Positions 48,251 to 61,164 of a stretch of DNA of 64,000 bases are shown piece by piece (the first letter of the stretch is position 1; every line of letters begins with the position of its first letter). The notes under the pieces are model-generated. The model searched no databases, was not told the origin of the DNA, and worked only from the letters and a program-made list of their open reading frames with translations. Location of the stretch: contig NC_045697.1 in assembly GCF_009834535.1 (NCBI RefSeq), positions 102,860,001 through 102,924,000 on the forward strand, in the 5' to 3' direction. This DNA comes from Camelus ferus. Its lineage: Eukaryota. The position numbers and the translations under genes were made by a program.

Positions 48251-48702
48251 AGTAATTCTTTGTGTCGTTTTGGGATAAGTCCTCTGAAGGAGAAATACAA
48301 TATGGTATGGAGGTGTACAGAGGACCCTGACCTAGTCTAGAGGATTTAGGGAAAACTTTCCCTAGAGATACGTTTTAAAAGGTAGACCTAAGTTTACTCA
48401 GAAGCAGAGAAATACCCTAAATGGTCTTAAGAGATTTTCTTTGTATTTATGATTCATGGATTTGCCAAGTTTGTGTTCATAGTTGAGGATTTTTTTTAAT
48501 GAAGTAAAAATAAAAGAAAACAATTAATTCCTTTTCAAAACAGGGAGACTCAAAAATCTGAAATTGCAGCGGGCTGAGCTCAGCATTTCAGCCAGCACCT
48601 CTGTCATCACCTCATGGTCCTTGCTCCACTTAGACCTAAATGAGCTTCTCAGAGTTAGAGCTTTTACTGGAGACCGGAAGGCTTGTCAAGGGGTTGCCTT
48701 CT

Positions 48703-48810
48703 CTTGAGGGGGGAGAGGTAATTAGATTTATTTATTAATTTAAAAAAATGGAGGTACTGGAGATTGTGCATGCTAAGCATTTGCTCTACCACTGAGCTGT
48801 ACCCTCCCTC
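48703..48810 (-). mobile_element. Camelid tRNA-Ala-derived SINE (Vic-1-like) with B-box deletion
   Basis: ggaggtactggagattg|tgcatgctaagcat...ctaccactgagctgtaccctcc lacks aacccaggacctc. Degenerate TSD tcaaggggttgccttct / tcaaaggttaccttct. Confidence 0.85.
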
Positions 48811-49984
48811 TCAAAGGTTACCTTCTTGTGGAGAAGAAAAGCTCACTTCTTGCCTCAGCAATTATTACCTTCTTTATTTAACTCTCTAGTTTCATGCGGG
48901 AGAAAAAGCCATTAGAGAAACTGTTAATACAAAATACAAAAAAACACTTTAAAAATTACAAGAAACAAAGTTACTCTTCCCTATGGAGTTTAGTGCACTA
49001 GAATTTATGTTGCCTTTTTCATTATAATTGGTATTATTTCACTGCCATGTTCATATTTTGACCTTCAGCATTAGGATCAGAGCTATTATTACTCATATAA
49101 TGCTGCTCATAGGATAAACCAATGGTTAAAGTATAGGGGGACCGAAGAAGGGGTGCTTCTTGTCACATCAGTTAAGTTTGAGTTTTAGATACTTGTACTT
49201 GAAAAACTTTCTCTAGCGTTATAGAAACTTGAATGAATGATCTGAGTTTCTAAGTTAATAGTCAATTAATGGCCCCTCACTTACCTTGTAAAGAATCCCC
49301 AGGTCTGAGCTTATGCTCAGAAAAATCGACTCGAAATGCATTGGCTGCATGGATTTGGTGATCCTATGATCAAACTCTACCTCCTTGTGGACGTAGCAAT
49401 TTTCACCAAAATACTAAAATTGTAGCCATTTATCACATGACCAGCCATGAATTGGCTGCTATTTAGCTATTACCAACAGTTCCGTTGAAAAGTTTTGTTT
49501 TTTGAGAGTAACAATCACAGGACTGTATTAGCCACTGTTTCTTTTACTCCCTATGCTCTGTATTTCAGGAAAATTATATCCCCAGGAAGCAATATACCTG
49601 GATTGTGTAATCTCAGCTCCCCACAGAAATAGCTTTATTGAGATGCAATAATTTACTCTCTCAACTTTTATAGCAGTGTGCTGTATGAAGAACTTTTTTT
49701 TTTAAACAAGATCCTGATGTTAAAATATAGTCCAGTCTGTACCCTAAGGTCCCTTATAAAAATATTTCTTTTGGTATTTAGTGAAAGGAAATTTATCTAA
49801 CATGGTTTTTTTGGTACATGAAAGTTTATTACTACCACGTTGGCATCATCAAAACTTAGGATCTCGGTCTTTTCTTCTTGCCTTTGCATAAGGCCAAGAG
49901 AGACACCCTGGCTACTTTGACAACTTTAAAGTGGGTCTCAGGAATGTCACCACCAGCATGACATTTGTAACCAAATCTAGCAAC

Positions 49985-50179
49985 CAGAGAAACAACAACT
50001 TTCTACTGTATAGCACAGGGAACTATATTCAATATCTTATAATAACCTATAATGGAAAAGGAATATGAAAGAGAATATAAATGTGTGTGTGTGTGTATAA
50101 CTGAATCACCGTGCTGTACACCAGAGACTAACAGCATTGTCAATCGATTATACTTCAATAAAAACAACAGTAACAACAA
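49985..50179 (+). mobile_element. Short cetartiodactyl L1 3' end
   Basis: ctactgtatagcacagggaactatattcaatatctt...tatacttcaataaaaa. TSD caaatcYagcaac at 49972-49984 and 50180-50192. Confidence 0.9.
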
Positions 50180-50539
50180 CAAATCCAGCAACAAGAACAT
50201 CACCGTTTTCTGCAATAAAGTGCGAGCAGCCATCATTGGGTATGAAAGCTGTGAGTTTCTTGCTCTTCTTGATCAGATGATCCCTGAAAACCTTCCTGAT
50301 AGCAGACTTCAACTGTCTGGCTTCAACCTTGACTTTTTCTAGCAAAATTCCCTTTGCCTGTGAAGTAGCTCCAGAGGGGCTAGCCTTCAGGGCTGTGCCC
50401 AAATGGGCTCTCTTGTACTCGTTATCATGCCACCTCTGGTCCTGATGGTGGCAGCAGAGCTTCTTGGCAGTAACGAGGACCTAGACCCTTGCCCATCCCA
50501 CTGGTACACAGGCCCGAGTGAAAGATTTAGTAAACTGTG

Positions 50540-51642
50540 GTTTTCAACTGCGGTAAAATACACAGGACATAAAATTTACCATCTTAACCATCTTAAAGTA
50601 TAAAGTGCGGTAATGTTAAGTATGTTCACATTGATATGCAACCAATCTCAGAACCTTTCATTCTATAAAACTGAAACTCCATACACATTATGAAACTTAA
50701 TTATATGTGTTAATTTGGCCAGGCCACAGTGCCTGGATATTTGGTTGAACATTTTTCTAGATTGTTTCTTTGAGGGTGCTTTTGGATGAGATTTACATTT
50801 CAATTGGTAGACTCTGAGTAAAGAAGATTGCTTTCTACAATGGGTGGGCCTCACCCAATCAGTTGAAGACCTGAATAAAACGAAAAATTGACTTCCCCCA
50901 AGCAGGAGGGAAATCTGTCACCAGACAGCCTTCAGATTTAAACAGCAACATCAGCTTCTCCCTGGGTCTCCAGCCAGATGGCCTACCCGACAGATTTTGG
51001 ACTTGCCAGCCTCCATATTTTCATGAGTCAATTCCTTCAAATAAATCTCTCTCTATGTGTATAAACATCATATTGATTCTGTTTCTCTGGAGAACCCTGA
51101 TTTATAAACCCATTAAACAACAAATCCCTCTTTCTGCCTCCTCCCAGCCCTTGGCAACCACCATTCTACTTTCTGTTACTATCTATTTGACTACCCTAGA
51201 TACCTTATATGGGTGGAATCATACAGTATTTGTCTTTTTGAGACTGGCTGATTTCACTTTGCATTATGTCCTCAAGGTTCACCTGTGTTGTAGCACGTGC
51301 CAGAGTTTCCTTCCTTTTTAAAGCTGAATAATAATATTCCATTGTGTGTATGCATTTTGTTTATCCATTTATCAGTCGATGGACACTTTGGTTGCTTCCA
51401 TCTTTTGGCTACAGTGAATAAAGCTGCTACGAACATAGGTGGACAAATATCTCTTTGAGACCCTGCTTTCAATTCTTCTGGATATATATATTCAGAGAAT
51501 TGCTGGACTGTATGATAGTTCAATTTTAGCTTTTTGATGAACCATCATACTGTTTACATAGCGGCTGCATCATTTTACATTCCCACCAACAGTGCACGAA
51601 GATTCCGATTTCTCCACAGCCTTGCCAACCACTTGTTATTTC
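50540..51642 (-). mobile_element. L1MB-type 3' region, interrupted by MLT2
   Basis: aaaatttaccatcttaaccat...ctgaaactcc | cccattaaacaac...caaatatctctttgagaccctgctttcaattc. Confidence 0.88.
50689..51108 (+). mobile_element. MLT2B-like ERVL solo LTR
   Basis: ggatgagatttacattt...gactctgagtaaag...gggtgggcctcacccaatcagttgaag...ttctgtttctctggagaaccctga; flanks cacat/cccat. Confidence 0.9.
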
Positions 51643-52029
51643 CAGCAATAATAATCCTGCAGGAACCCAAAATAATCCTCAGAAGGGGTCATTTTTGTCA
51701 TGGAATAGCATTTCGTATGTGTGTGGCTGGGGGTGGGGAATGCTGATACACACGTGATCTCAGAAACTGTGATGTTAAGACTAATACACAATTTAGACTG
51801 AATCTACATAACATGAAAACAATTATTTAGAAGTGAAAAACTCTGTCAAAAAGTTACTTTTCCCTGGGGTGTTGGATGACTGGACTGGCAGGTTTCGTTG
51901 TTTAGAATTTGCATGCCAACAGCCTTGTTCAAGGTTGTTCTCCAGAAGGTATACTAGACCATTATGAATGTCACCAGGTCACTCTGAGGGGTGAGCATTT
52001 TTAAATGCAGAGGGAGTGTCTCATGTAAA

Positions 52030-52335
52030 GCAAAAGGTGCGCAACAGCAGGCCGCAGCCCAGATCGGGCCTCGCAGGCTTATTTGACTTGGCTGGCAGAT
52101 TTGTCGGCCCACACAGTGGTTTTTTATTTTTAATTTGAATTAGCCGACAATTTTTTAAATGGAGAGATTTCACGCAAAAATCTTGATTTCTAGCTTTGCG
52201 GGTAAAAATAAGCTGACCGGGCAAGCCTGGGCCTTCATTCCCACAGGGCAACAGTTGGCTGGGGTTGAGTAACAGCTGCCCTTCCCACCCGGATTTGCGC
52301 TCCCCAATTCCCCATAGTCCCCACCCACTCCAACA
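52030..52335. mobile_element. MER102-like hAT-Charlie DNA transposon
   Basis: gagatttcacgcaaaaatc...gggccttcattcccacagggcaacagttggctggggttgagtaacagctgccc...catagtccccacccactcc. Confidence 0.7.
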
Positions 52336-53637
52336 CTGGAGAGCTTGAGGACGCCCAGCCAGCAGACTTCTGGGTTCGTCAGGAACCACTTACAACTTCC
52401 TGCAACGTCCAGCGGGATGTGAGGCCCATGGTGGGCACTCAGCTGTTGCTGGATTATTTAGTGAGTCTGATTCCTCATGTGCTAAAATCATTTAGGATCC
52501 CTTGCTCTCTCTTAGTGGAAAAAAGAGATCTTAAGATGAAGGCCTGGAATAATGAAATACAAAAGGAAAAGGATTTAGACAATGCAGACAGAGGGAAACA
52601 CCCGCAAGGAAAATAATTAGGCGAATGTAGTTTCTTACTAAGCAATTTAGCCCTGAGCTCTTTTTCCCACGGGAGGAAAACTGAGGGAAACAGCACCCAA
52701 GAAAGGTTTCAGCCTGAGCCCTCTGTTTAAGACAAGAGAGAAACAAGGGGCAAAAGGTTAGGCAGCCGCCTGACAGTGGCAGAATTCTTGAGTTAACATA
52801 AATAGAAATAGATACAGAAAATGAGGACCATATGGTTGGCTAGATCACAGCTCCTCTGTGTGTGGATTTGAAAGGCCACCCACTGAGAAAAATAACTCAA
52901 TTTATTGTTTCATAACATTTTAACTCCTCCTGTTTTAATTCCTGAGGCATGTGGAGAAGTTCTTTTACACTTTCAGGTGATAGCAAACGAAAAATGTGTT
53001 AAAAAAAATGCAAACAACATCTCTCTTTCTGTCTTTCTCTGGCGATTGTATTGACTAAGAGAAACATGAATGTCTTCTAGAAGATGTGCTTTAATCTCCA
53101 ACCCAAAACATAGTTTCAAGTACTTAAACCTCTGCTTGCAGCATATTTACTATTATTCCACCGGCCAAGGTAAGTTACACGGCCAAGCCCAGAGTTAGCC
53201 TGGGAAAGGACTATCTAAGTGTGTGGATTTAGCGAGCTTTGCTTTTGAGACCAAGGACCTGTTCTGGAATGGGTAAATAGGATCTGGGTCCACACTTATT
53301 CTGAAAAAATCTAGTAGCTGATACTTATTAAAATTAAGTTTTAGTATTTGTATCCTTTCTATTAAAAATCATGGTCATTTAAAACATGCAAGAAATATAG
53401 AAATTACCAAGAGGAAAGAGAAAAATCACCCAAAGCCCACAGTCTCATAAAAATCGTTCTTAAAATTTGGTACCCATGAATCCAGAAATCTCTCTGCATA
53501 GCTACCTGTCTACTTAGAAGTGATTCTGGTCCACTTAGAAGAATCTCCAGAGACAGTAGAGAATAGTAGCCTGGACTGAACACATCCTCCACTCTCCTAG
53601 AATAGTTTTTGATACTTAAAAAAAATTAAAAAAAATA

Positions 53638-53800
53638 TTTTTTAATTGATGTAGAGTTGATTTACAATATTATATTAATTCCAGGTGTATAGCATACTGA
53701 TTCAGTATTTTTGTAGATTCTACTCTACTAAAAGTTATTACAACAATGGCTATAATGCCCTGTGCTGTGCAGTAGATCCTGTTGCTGATCGATTTAATTC
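53638..53800 (-). mobile_element. Cetartiodactyl L1 3' tail
   Basis: ttttaattgatgtagagttgatttacaatattat...caggtgtatagcatactgattcagt...ccctgtgctgtgcagta. Confidence 0.85.
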
Positions 53801-54029
53801 TTGGAACTTGGTGTCTGTTGGCTAGTGAGCCTTGATTTACCAGAGCTGGAGAACCTAAGAAAGCCTGGAGAAAAGGACAAGAGGCAGCCTCTAGCCACTG
53901 AAAAACTCAGCAAGAAAGGAGGAGGAGACCAAAGAAGGGAACAACAAAAACTGTCCAGGATGGGGAAGTGAGAGCGAAGTCTGATACACCAGTAGAGATT
54001 CTGTGATGTGGGCTGGACTGACTAATCTA

Positions 54030-54263
54030 GCAGGCACGATGCTGACTGCCCACAGTAGTTTTAGGGGCCCATAAAGATGTCTTAATTCCTTTAACATCAG
54101 AAGGAGAATAAACTCTTAAGTCAAGGAAAATGTTTCCATTTATAATATTAATATATTTATCAATATAACAATACTATCATTGAATATATCTTTTAAAAAT
54201 CTTTTTAAGAAGGTACCTGAAGGCCAAGGTGCTGAGAGCCCACAAAAGTCACACATGGCTCTG
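54030..54263. mobile_element. ORSL-like hAT-Tip100 non-autonomous element
   Basis: taggggcccataaagatgtcttaatt...tataatattaatatatt...gaaggccaaggtgctgagagcccacaaaagtca...ggctctg. Confidence 0.65.
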
Positions 54264-54669
54264 GATCCAGTGGCATGCCCTAACCTGCCCAAATTTATGA
54301 AATATGTCTGTACCATGCCTTCTAGGATTTTGGGCCACCTGGGATATTATTATTGCAGTTTTGCACATGGGGGCTTTGAAACCTGGAAAGAAGTCATGAG
54401 AAAGAAAGTGATGGAGTTGGGGACTGGTTTTCAGTACTCTCTGCACACAGTGTGCCATGGGAAGTGGTAGATACAGAGTGAAGTTCAATATGGGAAAGAA
54501 TGTAATGGAATTTAAAATATAGGAGGCTTTATGATTGGCCAAGTATTGCTCCAGGCACCAAAATTCCTTCCTGAGATGACACTTAGGCCCTGAAAAGAAG
54601 GCTTGGGTAGCTCAAGAGAGCACGAGAAAAAGTGAGTAGACAATGCTGGGTGCCCAACTAAAGACTTCA

Positions 54670-55812
54670 TTGACAACCTCCTGAATGAGAGGAAATATTT
54701 GCAAATCATGTATCTAATAATATCTGAAATATATAAAGAACTCATGCAACTCAATAGCAAAACAGACAAACAATCTGATTAAAAAATGGGCAGATGATCT
54801 GAACAGACATTTTTCCACAGACATATCGATGGCCAGCAGGTACATGAAAAGATGCTCAGCATCACTAATCATCAGGGAAATGCAAATCAAAACCGAAGTG
54901 AGTATCACCTCACACCTGTTAGAATGGCTATTACCCAAACGAAAAGAGATAACAAACACTGACAGAGATGTAGAAAAAAGGGAACCCTTGTGCCCTGCTG
55001 GGGGGAATGTAAATTGGTGCAGCCACTATGGAAAACAGTACGAAGGTTCGTCAAAATATTAAACATAGACCTACCACATGATCCATCAATTCCACTTCTG
55101 GGTATTTAGCCAAAGAAAATGGAAACACCAACTCGAAAAGATACATGCACCCCCATGTTCAGTGCAGCATTACTTACAGTAGCCAAACATGGAAACAACC
55201 TTGAGTGTCCATGGACAGATGAGTGCATAAGGAAAGTGGAGTATACATAAATACAGACAATGGAGCATTATTCAACTATAAAAGAATGAAACCTTGCCAT
55301 TTGTGATAACATAGCTAAACCTGGAGGGTGTTATGCTGAGTGATATAAGTCAGACAGAGAAAGACAAATACCGTATGATCTCACTTATATGAGGAATGTA
55401 AAAACAACAACAGCAAAAAAACCAAGTCCATAGATACAGAGAATAGACTGGTGGTTTCCAGCGGTGGGGTAGGGGGTGAGTGAAATGGGTGAAAGGAGTC
55501 AAAAGGTACAAACTTTCAGTTTTAAAATAAACAAGTCATAGGGATGTAATGTTTAGCACGGGGACTAGAGTTAATAATACTGTCTTGCGTATTTAAAAGT
55601 TGCCAGGAGAATAGATCTTAAAAGTTCTCATCACAAGAAAAAAAATTCTCTACCTATGTGATGACTGTTGTTAATTAGACTTAGTGTGGTGATCATTTTG
55701 CAATATATACAAATATCAAATCATGTTGTGCATCTGAATCTAACGTCATGTTGTATGTCAATTACACCTCAATAAAATAATTTAAAAAAAGAAATTTTAA
55801 AAAAGAAAAAAA
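54670..55812 (+). mobile_element. L1MA9/10-type LINE-1 ORF2 end plus 3' UTR
   Basis: Decayed ORF2 C-terminus (ORF at 54829: [18 protein letters not shown]...[14 protein letters not shown]), then a 3' UTR ending tcaattacacctcaataaa. Confidence 0.92.
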
Positions 55813-57554
55813 AGTTCTCATCAAGTAGTTTACTATTAGATGTTTCACTTTCCTTTGTAATCATGTTTGGAAAGATAAACAAGACACTAGAAAAACGAGG
55901 CCAGTTTAGGCCCTTGGCAGAAGTTCAAGCCTTTTAATGAAATTTAGTAAAATTGTTTGCTGTTGAGTTGTTACTGTATTTAAAGGAAGGCGGCAATAAA
56001 ATCAGTAATGGGTTAAGGTTCTTAATTGATGTGTGTTTTCCAAAAATATAGTTTCTCATGTAAAGGTTGTTTTTGTTTTTCATAAAACATATATGTATTC
56101 AAATACACGTATGTGTGTTATATAGGTGTATGGGTATGTGTTATATTTGTATATCTGTGTTTACATGTATATATTGCCCCCTTCGGCAGTTTATCTATAA
56201 ATTAATTACTCTGAACTTGGACTGGTGGTTAGACAGGTAGCACCAAGTGAGTCATTCAAACAAAAAAAGACATGATCTCATGAGCATTATTTTAAAAGTT
56301 CACTCCATTATTCAGAAGTCTTCATGTTTCTAGAAACAGCAATCTCTGCCTCCCCATCGGCTGGCCGAGGACAGTGAGTTAATTACCCCTCCAAAGGCGT
56401 GAGAGGAGAGCCCCTCTGGGCTTGCAGAGCGGATAATCACACCCCAGAAGTCATCCTGCTTGAGCCTGAGACAAAGACCGTCCCAAAGTCTAACTCTCCA
56501 AATGTCAATTATCAGGTACCATGTTAATCTGGGCTAGAACCACCCCCGTGAGGCTCTTGATGTCGACTTAAGAAAAGCAGGAACGTGCGCTAGCTTACAA
56601 CCAGCCCAGCAGCATATTTTCCTTGTTAGCTGCAGGGGAGAATAATGTGCAGGAAAAGGTGACGTAATGATTGTCTTGCTTTCATTATTCTCTCCCAAAT
56701 GAATAGCCTTCCACACCAAGGATGAGCTCACTCACTATTAGTGGAATAACATCTGGTGAGCAAGGGCCCCCAGCTGAACACACTGTTGGTTTGGGACTAT
56801 ATTTACCCAAGAGAAACCCAACCATCACCGCATGTATCACATATGCAGTCCAGTTATGCTGTGAAAAAAAATGCTAAGGGGTAAGGAAATACTCCTTAAA
56901 GTATTTTAACATACAGGACTTTCCCTTGTGAAGCAAGGCACTGACCTGCTCCAAAAGAGATCCTAGGCTATTATTAGCGTGGAATAGCTCAGACATGTGA
57001 CAGACGCCTCGTCCTCTTCGGCTGAGGCCCGGATGCTTGCCATAGCGATCTAAGTTTAAATTTCAAATCACGGATAGGAATCTCTCTTCTTCAATTTCCC
57101 TTCCCATTCTTAATTTCCAGGCAGGCCTGCCACACTGACGATGGTGGATTTTGCAGTGTAATTTATCTAATAGATTTACTGTAAATGATGAATCACCCTA
57201 GTATTTAAATCTAATGAGTAATGCTATAAGTCAATTTGGCTTTTAAAAATGCAACATAGCTAAGGTCATCAGTTAAATGTGCTAATACAGAGTAATGTGG
57301 ATGTTCAGAACACACGCACAGCCGGTCCTGACGGTCAAGAAGCTGGAATACTCTGGAATCTGCGGTGTGCCAAGCCTTTAGGGGAGACTGTGGGCTTAAA
57401 ATCATGACATTTGGAAAAGGAGATAAGAATTTCATTCCACCAGCACTTGGGAAACTCCCTCAAGTTTATGTGTCTTTCATCGTTTACCCCAGGAGATGCG
57501 GTAACCCTTTATTGTGAAGACGCTACCAAGCAATCATTATCTGTATTTAAAAGA

Positions 57555-57935
57555 CTGATTATGAAAACAATGCCTATTTACTGAAGAAAATATGAGAAAT
57601 TCAGAGAAGTATAAAGAAAATATAGTTCATTCAGATTCCAACCCCCTAGACCTTTTTGTGTATGTTAGTCTTTTTCACTTGAGTATATATAAGCATTTTC
57701 TCATGTTTTTAACTGTGCTACAATTTCATTCTAAACGGCCATGTAACATTCCATCAAATGGCTTGCACTATTATTTATCAGATCAATTCCCTACTGAATA
57801 CTTAGTATACTTCTAATTCCTTGTTATTATAAATAAGACTGTGATAAAGATCTAAGTAACTAAATCTATCTTAGGATAAATTTGCAGAAATAAAGTTGCT
57901 GAATTAAAGTGAATGTATGTTTTCAGGGGTTTTGA
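57555..57935 (-). mobile_element. L1ME4-type fragment
   Basis: aaattcagagaagtataaagaaaa...attccatcaaatgg...tattataaataagactgtgataaa...ttaggataaattt. Confidence 0.6.
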
Positions 57936-58019
57936 CTCCAGCTGGGAGTGCCTTTATGAGGGAATAAGATTTGTTTCCTTCTCTGTATGAAATATCCCCA
58001 AGATCAGAGATACTGCCCC

Positions 58020-58230
58020 AGTCCCTCTGCCTCAGTCTACCTCTGGTTCCTCATTTATAAAACAACGGGAAATCAACAATGTTGTCCTCCTAAAGTGCTA
58101 ATCTGCAAAATAATCCTGCGAGGTAGGTTCAGTGCCTTGGTTATCTTGTTAATAAACAGAGGAGCCAGAATTTGAACCTGGATTTGCTATCTCGAAAGCC
58201 CATGCTCTAAACCACCAGGCTACACGGTTT
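58020..58230. mobile_element. MIR fragments in both orientations
   Basis: Plus piece ctctgcctcag...cctcatttataaaa; minus piece gagccagaatttgaacctgg...aaagcccatgctctaaaccac. Confidence 0.65.
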
Positions 58231-58244
58231 CTTCCAGGTCTATC

Positions 58245-58660
58245 ACCCATTCATTCATGTTTTCGTTAATTTCACATACTGTGTGAGAGCTACTGTTGTA
58301 GGTACAGGAGATACAGCGGTGAACTGAACAAAGTCCTTGACCTCAGGGACTTCCTCGTGGGGAGACAGACAGTAAGTTACAATATGATATCAGGTAGAAA
58401 TAAATTCGATACAGAAAGATAAAGCAGGGAAGAGGGATAAAGGCTGACAAGGAACCTGTCTTAGATGAGATGGTCAGAGAAAGCCTTTCTGAGTGGATGA
58501 AGTGAGTGTAGCTGTCATGGGGGTAAATGCAGGACGAGCTCTCCAGGCAGAGAAGCAGCAGTACCAAGGTTCCAGGACCAGAGCGTGCCTCCTGAGTCTG
58601 TGGGACTGCCCGGAGGTCACTGGGGCTGGGATGTGGTGAGACGGGGGTGGGTTGGGGGGG
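58245..58660 (-). mobile_element. L2 3' end
   Basis: cattcattcat...aggagatacagcggtgaac...tggtcagagaaagcctttctgag...tccaggcagagaagcagcagtaccaagg. Confidence 0.8.
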
Positions 58661-58756
58661 GAAAGATTTATACCGCGTCTGTGAGTCGGCCCAAGCAGAC
58701 TCAGGAGGCGGAGGGGCTACAGATCAGAGACATAGTCGTGCTCTGCAATGTGAGAG

Positions 58757-58798
58757 TGTGTGTGTGTGTGTGTGCGCGCGCGCGCGCGCGCGTGTGTG
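58757..58798. repeat. (TG)9(CG)9(TG)3 compound microsatellite
   Basis: Read directly; uninterrupted purine-pyrimidine alternation. Confidence 0.97.
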
Positions 58799-61164
58799 GC
58801 GGCAGGGGTGAGAGGCTGTTGATTGACATCTCCTCCACAGGTTCTAAGAAGGAAAGATAGGTAATTCCACATTATTCTTCTCTTCTGGAATTGGTTTAAG
58901 AGCTGGGCACTTAGGCCACAGTATTAAAAGTGTAGCCTTCTGTGCCCAGGCACAGCCCATGGAAGCGTATTTCTGGACTCCAAGGAAGAACTCAAATCCA
59001 TTCCGCCATACTCATTACCCACCGTCTCTAGAGGAGGGGCGATGCCGGCTCCCTAGATCAAAATAGAAAATAAACAGTTTCTTTGACTGGAACCATCTTG
59101 CAGAATTGGGAAAACAGCCATTGTGAAGTTCCCAATGATGTGGTTATTAATCACTTTAGGGGATAAACACATCTATCCGGAGACCAGCTGTTTCCTGATG
59201 TCATTTAAATTCCACGGTCCCACATGTCCTGCTACAGGAAGGAATCTAACTTCCTTTCCATTCTTGTGAAAATGTGTCTTTTTAAATTTAATTTGGGATT
59301 AAATTAATTTATTACGCATTATTAAAAACCCAAATGTTCTTACCGACCAATTTCCAAGAGTGTACTAACAATATCATGGCTTAGTTAGGGACTCACCTGC
59401 CACAAATGAACAATGGGTAACCCGTTGCTCTTCAGAGGTAAGAGATGTGAAGCAAGCTGAAAACTCTCATTGTTCCAGGGTAAGAACCTATTAAATTTAG
59501 TGTATGGAAGAGCTAGAGTGCTTTAGAATCATCCAGTTTTACAATTTAATTCATTCTGTGTATACTAGGGGGAAATCTTGACAGCTGGGACCAGAATCTG
59601 TTTTAGGCAACTACTCCACGAGCTACTTGGGTGGAAGGTACATCCTGAGGGTAACAGAAGACAAAGAAGGAACAGTCATAGCTGCACTGCTCTGCAATAG
59701 ACACATAAAGACGGGGAAAAATGAACAGACAGGGAATGTGGGAGACTGACTGATGCAGCAGAACAGTGATATACCTCAAAGTCTTTTAAGATGTAGACTA
59801 TGTGTTCTGTTTTATGATCTTTTTATTTCTGTGATGTAAATCCTACCTTCACTTTCCCAAATCTTTAGTGAATTCGGCTGTCTACATAATTGCCTTGGGT
59901 GAACCCAGTGCACGTGGGAGCATGTGTCCTGTGGGAATAGTCGGGCTGCGTTCCACATTTGGATTAATGTGGTACAGAATAGGGACAGTGTATGCCACAT
60001 GGCAAGATAATCTGCCAATTACACTAATCAGTGGAAACAGCATTCAGAGCCAGAAATGAATCAGAATGAAAGTCCCTTGGGGATTTTTCAGAAATTTGGG
60101 GGTGGGCACTGGACTTGGGAGAAATATGAAATAGGAGTTGAGACCATTTCAAGAGGCCAAGGGACTCATCTGACATCTGGGTTACATGTGAATAACATAC
60201 TGCTTTTGAAGCCTATGGTTGTAGTTAAGATATAAAATGTAGACACTGAAGTTTCTCACTGTTTAATAACAATGAGGGCCTTGGGCTGAATGTCCAGAAG
60301 TTACCCAGCTGTCTCTGGTTTAGATATTGATAAAGACTTGAGCAGATTCTATATTTCCCAATATTTCTTGATTCCTATGGCCCTGAAGTAGTTCTTCATA
60401 GGACTGGGTGAAAGGCTTTGTGAACTGATGCCAGCATTTTATAGAAGGTCTGTACTGTTCTAGTATTCCCAAGGAACACACTTGCCACAAAGCATTAGGA
60501 AATGTTAGGCTGGGAATATTTGTTGAATGTGGTTCTGAGTCTCCCCAGTTCTTTACAGGAGATGGCCTGAGTGAGTGGCAATGGCATTCCACATGACCAT
60601 GGTTGTCCTCTCAGATCAAGGGAAGCCCCAGTTAGAGGCATATAAAACTTCTCATATATCATGCTACTCTAAAACTCTATCATACTTTTTATAAAGTTGA
60701 AAGATGAGAAAAAGCCTTTAGCAAGCTTTATCACTTGGATAAAAGAGATTCCAAGTACAGTTCTCACTGTGCCACATCACTATTTTGCTTCATTGACTAT
60801 AAGTTACCAAATAATTACTAGACACCACATGCATCAATGTATTGCAGTTACATTCTGAAGACAAGCCCATGACATATGAAATTGGGTCCATGCTTAGGAG
60901 GGGCCGGGCCCAGCAGGACTGGCCAGGGGCTTTCACAGAGCTCTGTTTGACAACTAGTTGATCAGGGTATACAGGATCTGTGATACCATGCTAACGTGGT
61001 CTAAAGTCCTTTTCCAAAGGGTTGCATTTGGCTGTATGTAGAATAATGCCATGAGCCAGAGAAGGACTTTCTGATTGCATGTGTAGGATTTGCTTGTGTT
61101 CACTGGAAGTGTAAATTTTTGTGTCCTATATCCTACCCTCAGGGAAGATAATTTGTTCTGGATG

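Noticed and set aside
49280..49370. Possible 79-bp minus-strand exon (AAG|GTAAGT donor, one open frame DHQIHAANAF...)
   Set aside because: The acceptor has a poor pyrimidine tract, and an open frame this short is expected by chance.
54714..55062. ORFs resembling L1 ORF2 or its antisense
   Set aside because: Frameshifted remnant of a 5'-truncated L1, not a gene. The same applies to 29727-29939, 5457-5735 and 51272-51523.
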